Shown: one piece after another, positions 38,667 through 48,517 of the stretch
How positions within the stretch are numbered: the first letter of the stretch is position 1
Layout of the letters: the number at the start of each line of letters is the position of its first letter
Position numbers and translations under genes: made by a program
The notes under the pieces: generated by a model
Told to the model about the DNA's origin: nothing
Database searches by the model: none
What the model saw: only the letters and a program-made list of their open reading frames with translations
From: Bdellovibrionota bacterium
Lineage (GTDB): Bacteria; Bdellovibrionota_C; UBA2361; CAKMMH01
Assembly (NCBI GenBank): GCA_050952645.1
Contig: JBMNLI010000014.1
Coordinates: 1-64,000 of the forward strand
Length of the DNA stretch: 64,000 nt
Direction: 5' to 3'

Positions 38667-41600
38667 ATGCGTGTATCGAGAATAGAAATTTTTGGATTTA
38701 AATCCTTTATGGATAGGACTGTTTTATCGCTTGGGGGTGGTTTAATAGGAGTGGTTGGCCCAAATGGTTGTGGAAAATCGAATATCGTAGATGCTATAAA
38801 ATGGGTTTTAGGGGAAACTCGTGCGAGAAGTTTACGAGGCTCGGTTTTTGAAGATGTGATATTTAATGGCACAGATAAACTTCGCCCTTTAGGTCTTGCC
38901 GAGGTTGCGATTACGGTTCAAGCAAAATCTGAAAGTTTCTTTGATGAAATACTTCCTAATTTAGCGAATGATGAAATAGCAGAGTCTTTAGCAAAAATAG
39001 ATGAGGCAGAAAACGAGTTAAATAAAATAGAGCTAAATAAGGTCATGCCTTTAGAAAAAGAAATTTTAGAAAAAGAAGCTAATAAAAAAGAAGCTAATAA
39101 AGATAATAATAATAACACTCCAAAGCTAAGCGTAGTAGTTAATAATTCTAAAGCGAGTTCTAGTAAAGAAGAAACTATAAAAATAGTTAAAGATGTAGAT
39201 GTAGACCTAAAAAATGTAGACCTTGGAAACAGCAATAACGCAAATAAAACTAATAATAGCGTAGATAATAATATTAACGATAATAATAATGATAATAATG
39301 ATAATAATAACGATAATAATAACGATGTAGAAGATTTAAAAGAAAAATCGATGACACTTCTTTCAAGGTTTTCTTGGCTACAAGCTACTAGTGAAGTGCA
39401 AGTGACTAGAAGACTTTATAGAAGCGGAGAGTCTGAATACTTTATAAATAGAGTTCCTTGTAGATTAAAAGATTTAAAAGAGTTATTTAGAGCAATAGGA
39501 ATTGGTGCTAGAGCTTATACGATAGTAGCGCAAAACGAAGTAACGAGAATCATCACTGCTAAGCCTGAAGAAAGAAGACAGATGCTAGAGGAAGCGGCTG
39601 GAGTTTTAGGTTTTAAAGATAAAATAGTATCTGCAAATAAAAGGCTAGATGAAACTTTAATAAATGTTTCTAGGCTTAATGATATCATGCAAGAGGTAGC
39701 TAGAGGTGTAAATAATTTAAAACGCCAATCGCAACGAGCTATCGATAGAAAAGGGCTTTTAGAAAGATTAAAAGAGGTAGACCTGACCCTATTTAAAGAT
39801 TCTTACTTTAATAATTGCGAAATTAAAAGCAATTTAGAAGCTCAAAAAGAAAGGCTAAAAGAAGAAGAGTTAGTTTCTAAAAATGGTGTAGATGTTATAA
39901 AGCTTGAAGAGGAAGCTTTAAGGTTAAGTATGTTAGAGCTAGATAGTGAAGGAGAAGAATATAGACTTAAAATAGATTCTATAAAAGAGGAATTAAATAG
40001 ACGTGAAAGAAAACTTATAGAACTTCGCTCAGGGCTTAAAGAAAGACTAGTTAGGAAAGAAGCCTTAGAAACTGAAAACGAAAGACTAGATGAACGAAAA
40101 GAAATGCTTGCAAAAAGAAGAGAAGAGGCAAGGAGCGATTTTGAAAAATTAGAGGCAGAGCAAAACGAGTTGAAAGAAAAACTTCAAAGTGTTGAAGCGA
40201 TAGGAGAAGAAGATTTAAAGGCGGCTTCTTTATTAGTAGAGGAAACAAAGGCAAAATTAAATGAAAAAGAAAGAGAGTTAAAGAAAGTAAACGATTCTTA
40301 TATTTCAATAAAAGCTAGACTTGAGGCTATCGAAGAGCAACTTATTGCGGCCTCTCCAGTTTCTCAGCTTAAAAAAACCCTTGGAAATCAAGGTGCAACT
40401 AGTGAGTTTTTAGAAGAAGCAAAAGGAACGAAGCTATTTTTAGATGGTATATCGATCCCTTCAAAATATGCTAAAGCTCTTCAAGCGGTGCTTGGAGAAA
40501 AGACTGAGTTTTTAGTATCTAAAGAGCCACAAAAACTAATTACTTCTTTTAATAAAATGCTTGAAACTTCAAATAAAAAGGGGCTAGGAATTGGAATTTT
40601 TAAAGAAAATGAAAATGAGTTCACGCAAAATTTAAAAAAAGATATAAATATTCCTTTTCCGCTAATACTAGATTTAATGAAAGTATCATTAGATGTAGAA
40701 AGGTCTGCTAATAATATATTAAAAAATGTTTATGTTATAGAAAATATAAAAGAGGGGATAAGTTTTTTTGAAGCGAATAATAATGAAAAATTTGATGATG
40801 TTTTATTCGTTAGCTTAGAAGGGGAGCTTCTTACATCTTATAGCTATTACTCTTTAAAGCATGAAGGTGGTTTAGTCCAATTAAAATCTAGAAAGGAAGA
40901 GTATCAAAAAGAATTTAGTGAGCTTTCTAAAGAGCTTTCAAAGTTGAATAATGAAAAGTCTATATTATTTGAAGATGCTAAAAAGGCCGAGTTTAGCTAT
41001 AGGCAAGAGTTAGATGAGGTTAAAAAAAGGCAACTTCAAATAAGAGAGATAAGCAATAAACTTGCGAATGCTAAAGGGCGTTTCGAGTCTCATAAAAGAC
41101 TAGTTTCTCAGCTTGATTACGATTTAGAAAAATTAGAATCTCAATACGATGATATAAAAAGAAGAGATGATAATTTAAGTTTAGAGATTGAAAATATTTC
41201 TAAAGGATTAAGGGAAGCGGAAAACAGAGATGAACAAGAGCTAAAAGATAGTTTAGTAGTGCTAGACAATCAATATAAGCAAGTAAACATAGCTAGGGGA
41301 GAAAAAAGAAGCGAGCTTTCCGATTTTAATAATAGATTAGATGATGCAAGGAAGCGTTATGATATGGCTTTAAGAGCTAGTAATAATTTTGAGCTTAATT
41401 TGCAAAGAGTTTCTATCGAGCTTGAGAATATAGAAAAAAATATAATAGAAAAATATTCGAGAGATGAATTTTTAGCGCTTATAAATATAGATGAAGAATA
41501 TATCAAGTTAGAAGAGGAAGAAAAGTTTAGTTTAGTTTCAGAGTTAAATAAAATAAAAGCGAGAATTGAAAGAGAAGGTCCTGTCGACCCTACTGCAACG

Positions 41601-42188
41601 GAGCGTTATAGCGAAGAGAAAGAAAGGTTAGAAGAACTAGAGAGACAAAAAAATGATTTAGAAAAGGCTATAGATATTCTAGGGAAAACTATAGATAGGC
41701 TAGTTCAAACTTCTCAAACTAGATTTATGAATGTGTTTACTAGAGTTAGAGAAAACTTTAGAGAGTTAGCTCCAAGGTTGTTTGGTGGCGGCTTAGCAGA
41801 TATAGAGTTAAGCGATCCGCAAAAACCTTTAGAATCGGGGGTTGATATTATAGCAAGGCCTCCAGGGAAGAAATTAAAAAGCCTAGAGCTTCTTTCAGGA
41901 GGAGAAAAAACCTTGTGTGCTATTGCGCTTATTTTAGCAACGTTTTTAGAAAGACCTAGTCCGCTATGTGTGTTAGATGAGGTTGATGCACCGCTAGACG
42001 AGGCAAACTTAATGAGATTTTTAATTCTTATAAAAGAGCTAAGCACGAGAACGCAAGTAATAGTGATTACGCATAATAAGCAAACTATGATGGCATGCAG
42101 TGAGCTTATCGGCGTTACTATGCAAGAGCCAGGGGCTACTAAACTTATTGCAGTTTCGCTAGAAGATGCGATAAAAGAGGCTGTGTAA
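38667..42188 (+). CDS. smc: Chromosome segregation SMC protein
   Basis: GFKSF, GPNGCGKSN, LSGGEK, LDEVDAPLD and ITH motifs; coiled coils; upstream of ftsY. Confidence 0.95.
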   Translation: MRVSRIEIFGFKSFMDRTVLSLGGGLIGVVGPNGCGKSNIVDAIKWVLGETRARSLRGSVFEDVIFNGTDKLRPLGLAEVAITVQAKSESFFDEILPNLANDEIAESLAKIDEAENELNKIELNKVMPLEKEILEKEANKKEANKDNNNNTPKLSVVVNNSKASSSKEETIKIVKDVDVDLKNVDLGNSNNANKTNNSVDNNINDNNNDNNDNNNDNNNDVEDLKEKSMTLLSRFSWLQATSEVQVTRRLYRSGESEYFINRVPCRLKDLKELFRAIGIGARAYTIVAQNEVTRIITAKPEERRQMLEEAAGVLGFKDKIVSANKRLDETLINVSRLNDIMQEVARGVNNLKRQSQRAIDRKGLLERLKEVDLTLFKDSYFNNCEIKSNLEAQKERLKEEELVSKNGVDVIKLEEEALRLSMLELDSEGEEYRLKIDSIKEELNRRERKLIELRSGLKERLVRKEALETENERLDERKEMLAKRREEARSDFEKLEAEQNELKEKLQSVEAIGEEDLKAASLLVEETKAKLNEKERELKKVNDSYISIKARLEAIEEQLIAASPVSQLKKTLGNQGATSEFLEEAKGTKLFLDGISIPSKYAKALQAVLGEKTEFLVSKEPQKLITSFNKMLETSNKKGLGIGIFKENENEFTQNLKKDINIPFPLILDLMKVSLDVERSANNILKNVYVIENIKEGISFFEANNNEKFDDVLFVSLEGELLTSYSYYSLKHEGGLVQLKSRKEEYQKEFSELSKELSKLNNEKSILFEDAKKAEFSYRQELDEVKKRQLQIREISNKLANAKGRFESHKRLVSQLDYDLEKLESQYDDIKRRDDNLSLEIENISKGLREAENRDEQELKDSLVVLDNQYKQVNIARGEKRSELSDFNNRLDDARKRYDMALRASNNFELNLQRVSIELENIEKNIIEKYSRDEFLALINIDEEYIKLEEEEKFSLVSELNKIKARIEREGPVDPTATERYSEEKERLEELERQKNDLEKAIDILGKTIDRLVQTSQTRFMNVFTRVRENFRELAPRLFGGGLADIELSDPQKPLESGVDIIARPPGKKLKSLELLSGGEKTLCAIALILATFLERPSPLCVLDEVDAPLDEANLMRFLILIKELSTRTQVIVITHNKQTMMACSELIGVTMQEPGATKLIAVSLEDAIKEAV

Positions 42189-42216
42189 TCTTTGTGTTAT
42201 TTAAAATAAACATTAT

Positions 42217-43329
42217 ATGCAAAAAAATATCTTAGAAAAATTTAATCAATTTAATTTTAATGAATTCTTACAAAATTTATTGTCTTATATCGATAGTAGT
42301 GAAAATCAAATCGATATAGCGTGTATATTTTTAATTATTTTTGCTTTTATATTTATATTAAAAAGAAAACCAGATAAGCAAATAGAGCACGCAAGCGGCA
42401 AGAAAGAGGCTGAAGATAGAAAGGCCATTGTTTATGATAAGCTTAGTAAGAGTAGGGTAAGCTTGCTTACTAAGATAAATAATATTTTTTCTTCGCATTC
42501 AGAGAAGAAAGAGATATTAGAAGATTTAGAGGAGCTTCTTATCTTATCAGATGTAGGAGCTAAGGTATCGGCGCTACTTTGTAAAGAATTAAGTGAAGAA
42601 TTTAAGACCATAAATAGTGAGAGCAAAGAAGAAATATTACTTTCTCTTAAAAGTAAAATAGAGAATATTTTAGGCGAAGATAAGGAAATAGAGTTAGTAG
42701 AGGGTGAGACTAAAATTATAATGGTAGTAGGAGTTAATGGGGTTGGAAAGACGACGACTATTGCTAAGCTTGCAGATAAATGGATAAAGCAAGGAAAAAA
42801 AGTTTTATTAGTAGCGGGGGATACTTTTAGGGCGGCTGCAACTGAGCAGCTTGTTTTTTGGGGTGAAAAAGTAGGAGCAGAGGTTGTAAAGGGAAAAGAG
42901 AACGATAAGCCATCGACCGTAGTTTTCGATGCGATGAAAAGGCTTAAATCCGAAGCATTTGATGTGGTGATTGTAGATACTGCTGGAAGGCTTCACAACA
43001 AAGCTAATTTAATGCAAGAACTTTCTGGTATTCAAAATGCGATAAAGAAAAATATAGAAAAGGGCGTAGATGAGGTGCTCTTAGTGGTAGATGGAACTAG
43101 TGGACAAAATGCCCTTTCTCAGGCTAAGGAGTTTAATAATGTAGTAGGACTTACTGGAATTATAATAACTAAACTTGACGGAACGCCTAAGGGAGGAATT
43201 TTAATAGCGATTAAAAAGGCTTTAAATATACCTATATATTTTATAGGTATAGGAGAAAAGCAAGAGGACTTAGTAAGGTTTAATGCTAAAGAGTTTGCTA
43301 GTGCGCTACTAGAAAATAAAGAGTCTTAA
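42217..43329 (+). CDS. ftsY: SRP receptor FtsY with N-terminal TM segment
   Basis: GVNGVGKTTTIAKLA, DTFRAAA, DTAGRLH and TKLDGTPKGG. Confidence 0.96.
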   Translation: MQKNILEKFNQFNFNEFLQNLLSYIDSSENQIDIACIFLIIFAFIFILKRKPDKQIEHASGKKEAEDRKAIVYDKLSKSRVSLLTKINNIFSSHSEKKEILEDLEELLILSDVGAKVSALLCKELSEEFKTINSESKEEILLSLKSKIENILGEDKEIELVEGETKIIMVVGVNGVGKTTTIAKLADKWIKQGKKVLLVAGDTFRAAATEQLVFWGEKVGAEVVKGKENDKPSTVVFDAMKRLKSEAFDVVIVDTAGRLHNKANLMQELSGIQNAIKKNIEKGVDEVLLVVDGTSGQNALSQAKEFNNVVGLTGIIITKLDGTPKGGILIAIKKALNIPIYFIGIGEKQEDLVRFNAKEFASALLENKES

Positions 43330-43336
43330 TAAAATT

Positions 43337-43398
43337 GTTCTTTATGCTTTTTGGGCTTTGCAGTAGTTGGGTGATGCTAATTTTTAAGATCTTAAACT
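43337..43398. mobile_element. Degenerate MITE fragment
   Basis: TTTTGGGCTT...GGTGATGCTAATTTTTAAGATCTTAA matches the family core. Confidence 0.55.
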
Positions 43399-43440
43399 AA
43401 TTTATCTTTGTTAGTTTAGCTATTGTTAGTTTATTTATTA

Positions 43441-44424
43441 TTAGTTTATCTTTATTAAGTCTTGTTCTCCAAAGAAATTATCAAAATCGTATACTGCATC
43501 GGCGAAAATGGTTGCAGCTTTTTGATTATCTCTTTTATTTAGTGCATCGAGACCTTGAGTTAGCTTAGCTTCGATAATATTTAAATTATCAGGCTTAGTA
43601 TTTAATTTTTCTATGCTATTAGTTTCGCTCTTACGTTTTTCATATAGCTGTAAACTTGAAACTATGTTTGCAACGGCATCTAGGTAATTGTTATTTTCTA
43701 GTGCTATAAGACCACGAAGTGCTAAACTCCTAGGACTATCTACAAAGACTTGGCATAAATTTAAACATTCATTAGCAGTCGTTAAATCATTAAACTTAAT
43801 AAACATTGCACAAAGCGTATGGTATGAGACGGCCGCAGATTCTTTTGCAAAGTTTTCCCAGTCTTTGTTAGGAAATAAATCTTCAATGTTTACATTCTTT
43901 AAAAGTTCTCTCAAGATTTTTGCACGCATATGATCATCTAAGCTAATTTCACAATTAGATATATCATCGCTAGTGCATACAATAGTGCTAACGCAGTTTG
44001 CAACAGTCGCAAAAACTAGTTTCAAACTTATCTCTTTAAAGTTTCTACGTTCATCTATAGATAGTGATTTAAGAACGCTATTTTTTACACATATTATATT
44101 AGGTATAGAGATGCTTTCATTTTTTATTAAGTTTACTAAATCTGCTGAGGTTAGTGCATCGATTTCAACGCAATCATTGCTACAAAAAAGGATGGTATCG
44201 CTATTTTTAATATTATTTTTTATAAACTCTACATTGCTTTCTGATATTTCATCATTCGATGATAAAATAGTATAATCATCATCTAGAGAAGATAAAACGT
44301 TTAAAATTTTTCTTCCGTAAGATAAAAGGCAATCATCGTTTATATTTATATTTTTAATTTTTATATCTTGCGAAACTAAATTAGCATTAACTAAACTTTC
44401 TTCATTTACTAGTAAACTAATCAT
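43441..44424 (-). CDS. Hypothetical protein with TPR-like C-terminal half
   Basis: 327-aa ORF with helical A/L-patterned C-terminal repeats. Confidence 0.65.
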   Translation of the reverse strand: MISLLVNEESLVNANLVSQDIKIKNININDDCLLSYGRKILNVLSSLDDDYTILSSNDEISESNVEFIKNNIKNSDTILFCSNDCVEIDALTSADLVNLIKNESISIPNIICVKNSVLKSLSIDERRNFKEISLKLVFATVANCVSTIVCTSDDISNCEISLDDHMRAKILRELLKNVNIEDLFPNKDWENFAKESAAVSYHTLCAMFIKFNDLTTANECLNLCQVFVDSPRSLALRGLIALENNNYLDAVANIVSSLQLYEKRKSETNSIEKLNTKPDNLNIIEAKLTQGLDALNKRDNQKAATIFADAVYDFDNFFGEQDLIKIN

Positions 44425-44706
44425 TTTTTATAACCTTTTAAAATGGAATTTTTTCCTTTTTTAAATATATTTTAAATAAATGACCTTTAGGCCATTATCG
44501 ATAATTTAGATGTAGTAAATTGTAAAAGGATACAAAAAAAGAATAAGATAATAAGGGGCTAGCTATTTTAACTCACTTTTTTAAAATAGGGTTTTAAAAT
44601 AAGGTTCTAGGATATTCTATAAGGATATTCGCTAAGGATATATTTTATAATTTATTAGGATAAGTTTTATTTTAATAAAAAAATAAATCACGAAACCTTT
44701 ATATAT

Positions 44707-44746
44707 AAAAAAGGAGGATGTTTCTTTCAAAACACCCCCCAAAAAA
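44707..44746 (-). terminator. Rho-independent terminator downstream of rpmB
   Basis: Minus strand GGGGGGTGTTT-TGAAAG-AAACATCCTCC followed by T6. Confidence 0.75.
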
Positions 44747-44856
44747 CATATACTTTTTTTTAATTTTTAATAAAGAGAAAAATGAAAAACAAAATAATTT
44801 TTAAAATTTATTCTAACAAAAAACTTAAATTTTTGTAATTACATACTTATTTATAA

Positions 44857-45096
44857 TTATATAAGATCGTTTAGTGTCAAATTATATTTTTTTAAAGTAG
44901 CAGTTAAGCCTAACTTATCTATAGTTCTTAGCACTCTAGTAGAAACGCGCAATTTAACATGACGCCCCTGCTCTGGTATAAAGATATTTCTAATTTGGAT
45001 ATTTGCTTTAAAAATATGTTTAGTTCTATTTTTAGCGTGGCTAACTCTATTACCTCTTTGTGCCGTTTTTCCTGATATTCTACATTTACGAGACAT
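44857..45096 (-). CDS. rpmB: 50S ribosomal protein L28
   Basis: MSRKCRISGK...GNRVSHAKNRTK; ATG at 45096. Confidence 0.96.
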   Translation of the reverse strand: MSRKCRISGKTAQRGNRVSHAKNRTKHIFKANIQIRNIFIPEQGRHVKLRVSTRVLRTIDKLGLTATLKKYNLTLNDLI

Positions 45097-45237
45097 TTTT
45101 CCTACCTTCAAATAATTAAAAAAAATCACAAATCTTTTTAAATTATACTTATATTTTAACAGAAATCAAGGTTTATTTGGTTTTTTTTGCCTCTCTGCTT
45201 TTATTTATATTATTTTATTTATATTATTTTATTTATA

Positions 45238-45966
45238 TTATTTCATCTTATTATAAAGAGTAGTAAGCATCTGAGTGCGAACTTGTGAATATATGTAATT
45301 ATGCCCTAATGGGCTAGGGTGCAAACCATCTTCGCTAAGTATGGTTGTAGGGAGTTGATGTTGTAGGATTATACCACTAATCTTTGGGTATTTTAACAGT
45401 TCGGTATTAAAGGATTTTATAAAATTTAATTGTTTAGGTTTTTTTGTGCTAACGTGAGCAAGAGTGCTAACCGTTATAAAAGGCTTAACCTTAGCTCCAG
45501 ATTCCGTTCTTAAAAATTTAATAAGTCTTCTTAATGTCGTTATTGAGCGTCGAACGTTGTTTCTATTTCTTCTATCCCAGAAATCATTCCTGCCCATATC
45601 TAGAATTATAGCATCTGCATTATAAATTTTTCTTAGCATAGTTGGGTTTTTATATATATTTTGCTTAATATGGCTTAAAATTTGAGCCACGGTTGCCCCA
45701 GGACGTGCTATCTTAGTGATTCTTACCTTTCTCTTAGTATTTGCTCTAAAATCATTATTTAATTTAGTAGTGTAGCCACCTTTATTATTTACGTCTCCAA
45801 CCCCCCTAACGAAACTATCCCCTATAAATAAAATGCGAATTTTTTTGTCTTTATTCCTATCTACAAAACAAGTGCTAAGGTTCGTTTCATCACAGGCATA
45901 TAAAGAATTAGTAAAAAATGATAAAACAATAAAAATGTTAATAAAGAAAATATTTAAAACCCTCAT
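45238..45966 (-). CDS. Secreted SGNH/GDSL hydrolase
   Basis: Signal peptide; FIGDSF, GRND and DGLHP blocks. Confidence 0.88.
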   Translation of the reverse strand: MRVLNIFFINIFIVLSFFTNSLYACDETNLSTCFVDRNKDKKIRILFIGDSFVRGVGDVNNKGGYTTKLNNDFRANTKRKVRITKIARPGATVAQILSHIKQNIYKNPTMLRKIYNADAIILDMGRNDFWDRRNRNNVRRSITTLRRLIKFLRTESGAKVKPFITVSTLAHVSTKKPKQLNFIKSFNTELLKYPKISGIILQHQLPTTILSEDGLHPSPLGHNYIYSQVRTQMLTTLYNKMK

Positions 45967-46156
45967 AATTTTTATTATAACAAAAACTTAAAGTTTCGCA
46001 AACAGTTTAGTTCCCCGATAAATCAAGGTTTTTTTCATGTTTGTTAGTATATTTTATTATAAAAATTAAATAAAGTTAAGGTTAAATCAAAAAAATTAAA
46101 GTACTTACGTAAGCTTAATATTTATTTTTAAGCTTTGTGATTTTAACTTTGTTGCT

Positions 46157-47323
46157 TTAATTTTGTGGTTTTATCCAAATCTCTGAATTTCTTTGAAGAT
46201 AATTTAGAACACTGTTTTCTTCAACTCCAATCGTAACCTCAACATGGTCGACATTTTCTTTAGCTTGGATAAAGATAACGTTTTGAAACTCTGGAGGTGG
46301 GAAGAAAGGAAGCTCTAAATTTTTAGACATCAACTTGCAATTAGGTATAGTAAGTTTATAAAGCTCAGATGACGCCTTTGATATAGTAAAATCGGCTTTC
46401 TTATTTAGTGATATTTTAACTATCGATGAATTCGATGCATCGGTATCAAAAAATACTGCACTTAAAACACAAGGGATTTGACTGCTATCGCCTAGATTAG
46501 CTTGCTGCTCTAAAGGCACTCGGCTTTTTTCTGCTTCTTTTATAGTCATTTCGCGAGCTGGCACCAAAGTAGGACTTGCCTTTGTTGGTGCTTGTTCTAT
46601 TCTTCTAGCTCCATCTTGCATGCTAGGAGATGTGCTAGGAGGAGACATAGCAGTAGTAGGCATAGAAGCGATAGCTTTAGTAGGCACGCTTTCTATTCTA
46701 TTTTCTATTCTATCTTGCATTCTATCTTGCATTCTATCTTCTATCCTGTCTTCTATCCTGTCTAGCCTGTTTATTTTTATTACATTAGGCTCACTTAATT
46801 TCGCCCTTCCCCCTATATCTTGCAAAGTTGGTCGTGTCTCTACTTTTGCTGGCACTTGTGTTGTTGGTTGTGTGAAAGTTTGAGCCGATGCTTGCGTCTC
46901 GCTTAAAGATTTTGCAATCATAACGGTAAGCTCACCTTGTTGCAGAAATGTAGTATAAGAGGGTATAACATCACTTTTTAAATCTATTACTAACCTTGTA
47001 GTATATGGAGGATGCCCACCTAAACGAATAGTCTTTATTTGCGGAACGTTCGTAACGTTTATATTTTCACTTTTGCCAATTTTTATTCCTGTAATATCTA
47101 TAACTAGTCTTGCAGGATTCGTTAATGCAAACTTATTTACGCCACTAATCTTAGGATTATTTGCCTTTAAAACTATATGATTCCCATCTTCTAGTAAGCT
47201 AAATTTTATTCCTTGTCTATTAAAAGAAAATAGTTCACTTAAACTAAAAGCTAAATTTGGAATACTTAATAAAATAAAAAATATAAAAAAGATGGCTCTT
47301 TTTTTATAATTTAAAATACGCAT
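46157..47323 (-). CDS. Periplasmic AMIN-domain protein
   Basis: Signal peptide; FALTNPARLVIDI...IRLG...TRLVIDL; low-complexity linker; second AMIN-like C-terminal domain. Confidence 0.8.
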   Translation of the reverse strand: MRILNYKKRAIFFIFFILLSIPNLAFSLSELFSFNRQGIKFSLLEDGNHIVLKANNPKISGVNKFALTNPARLVIDITGIKIGKSENINVTNVPQIKTIRLGGHPPYTTRLVIDLKSDVIPSYTTFLQQGELTVMIAKSLSETQASAQTFTQPTTQVPAKVETRPTLQDIGGRAKLSEPNVIKINRLDRIEDRIEDRMQDRMQDRIENRIESVPTKAIASMPTTAMSPPSTSPSMQDGARRIEQAPTKASPTLVPAREMTIKEAEKSRVPLEQQANLGDSSQIPCVLSAVFFDTDASNSSIVKISLNKKADFTISKASSELYKLTIPNCKLMSKNLELPFFPPPEFQNVIFIQAKENVDHVEVTIGVEENSVLNYLQRNSEIWIKPQN

Positions 47324-47353
47324 TTAAAAACTCCACACAAATAACATAAGTAT

Positions 47354-47416
47354 TGTAATGCAGTACCGTAATACAAGACTGTAATACAAAGCTGTAATGC
47401 AAAATTATGATGCAAA
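47354..47416. repeat. 13-bp periodic direct repeat x5 upstream of the AMIN gene
   Basis: TGTAATGCA / CGTAATACA / TGTAATACA / TGTAATGCA / TATGATGCA at 13-bp spacing. Confidence 0.75.
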
Positions 47417-47474
47417 TTTAAAAAAATCGTATCACTTTTAAAAATTATATAAATATAAGATATTAAGAGCAAGA

Positions 47475-48227
47475 TTATTTTTCTATCCATTCAGGCATTT
47501 CTTCTGCTAGTGAAACTTTAGGAGGATTTAAAATATAACGCAATTTTCTTTCAAAAACTAATAGTGAAGCCTTTTGTTTACTCCTTAATTTTATTATATT
47601 TGATGATTTCCGAGTATCGACGTATTGCAATGTGATTTCTTTTTCTGAAAGATAATCTTTTTTCTCTTCATCTATATCCATTAAATTAGTTTCATCAGTA
47701 TTTAAATTTTCGCACTCGAATTTTAATTTTTCATTTATAGATGATGCAAAGACTAACTCTCCTCCACCCTGTGATTCTTTAAACATTACTATTGTGTCTG
47801 AAAATAGTGAGACCCAAACTGGAATAAATTCATTGTTATGTATAGCTTGTGATATCCCCTCTAAATCGACATCATTTGCAGGTAATATCTTAGCAAACCC
47901 TTTGAAGATTATCTCTGGTTCTAGATTTCTAGCTTGTTCTAAAAAAGCGAGTCGTCTTACTACGGAACGTGCCGCAAGATATTGGAGCATTAAACTAGGC
48001 TTTAAATTTTTCCAACTTCTTGAAGAAAAAAACTGGAATATTAGTGGAGTGCAAATAAGTACTCCCCAGAAAATAAATTTCATTTTTAGACCGACTGCAA
48101 TCGCTCCAGATATAATTACAGCATTTATGCAAGCTAGCACTCCGCATGTATGAGCCTTATTTAATGCATCAATTTTTTCTTCAGGTGTAATTTTTTGCCA
48201 AAGTTTATCAGCATCAGATAGTAACAT
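47475..48227 (-). CDS. Hypothetical two-TM protein
   Basis: 250-aa ORF with an N-terminal TM hairpin and a soluble C-terminal domain. Confidence 0.7.
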   Translation of the reverse strand: MLLSDADKLWQKITPEEKIDALNKAHTCGVLACINAVIISGAIAVGLKMKFIFWGVLICTPLIFQFFSSRSWKNLKPSLMLQYLAARSVVRRLAFLEQARNLEPEIIFKGFAKILPANDVDLEGISQAIHNNEFIPVWVSLFSDTIVMFKESQGGGELVFASSINEKLKFECENLNTDETNLMDIDEEKKDYLSEKEITLQYVDTRKSSNIIKLRSKQKASLLVFERKLRYILNPPKVSLAEEMPEWIEK

Positions 48228-48517
48228 TTTTTCCTTATTTTTATATAAATTTCTATAAAAAAAGAAATTATTTCTTGTTTTCTAGTTATTTTTTTCTTAT
48301 TTTCCTAAGTAATATTATTACATAAACTAAAAATGCACTTTTTATGCCAAGTTTTGGGGGTATAGTTTTTATGTAATTTTCTTTTTTAAAGTTTGTTGAT
48401 TAAAGTTCGCTGATTAAATTTTGCCAAATTAGATTTGTTTTTAATGGTATGAATAAAAAAAAGATTATAGTATAATATTTTTTATTTTAGACACTAGTTT
48501 TGATATTTATAATTTAA

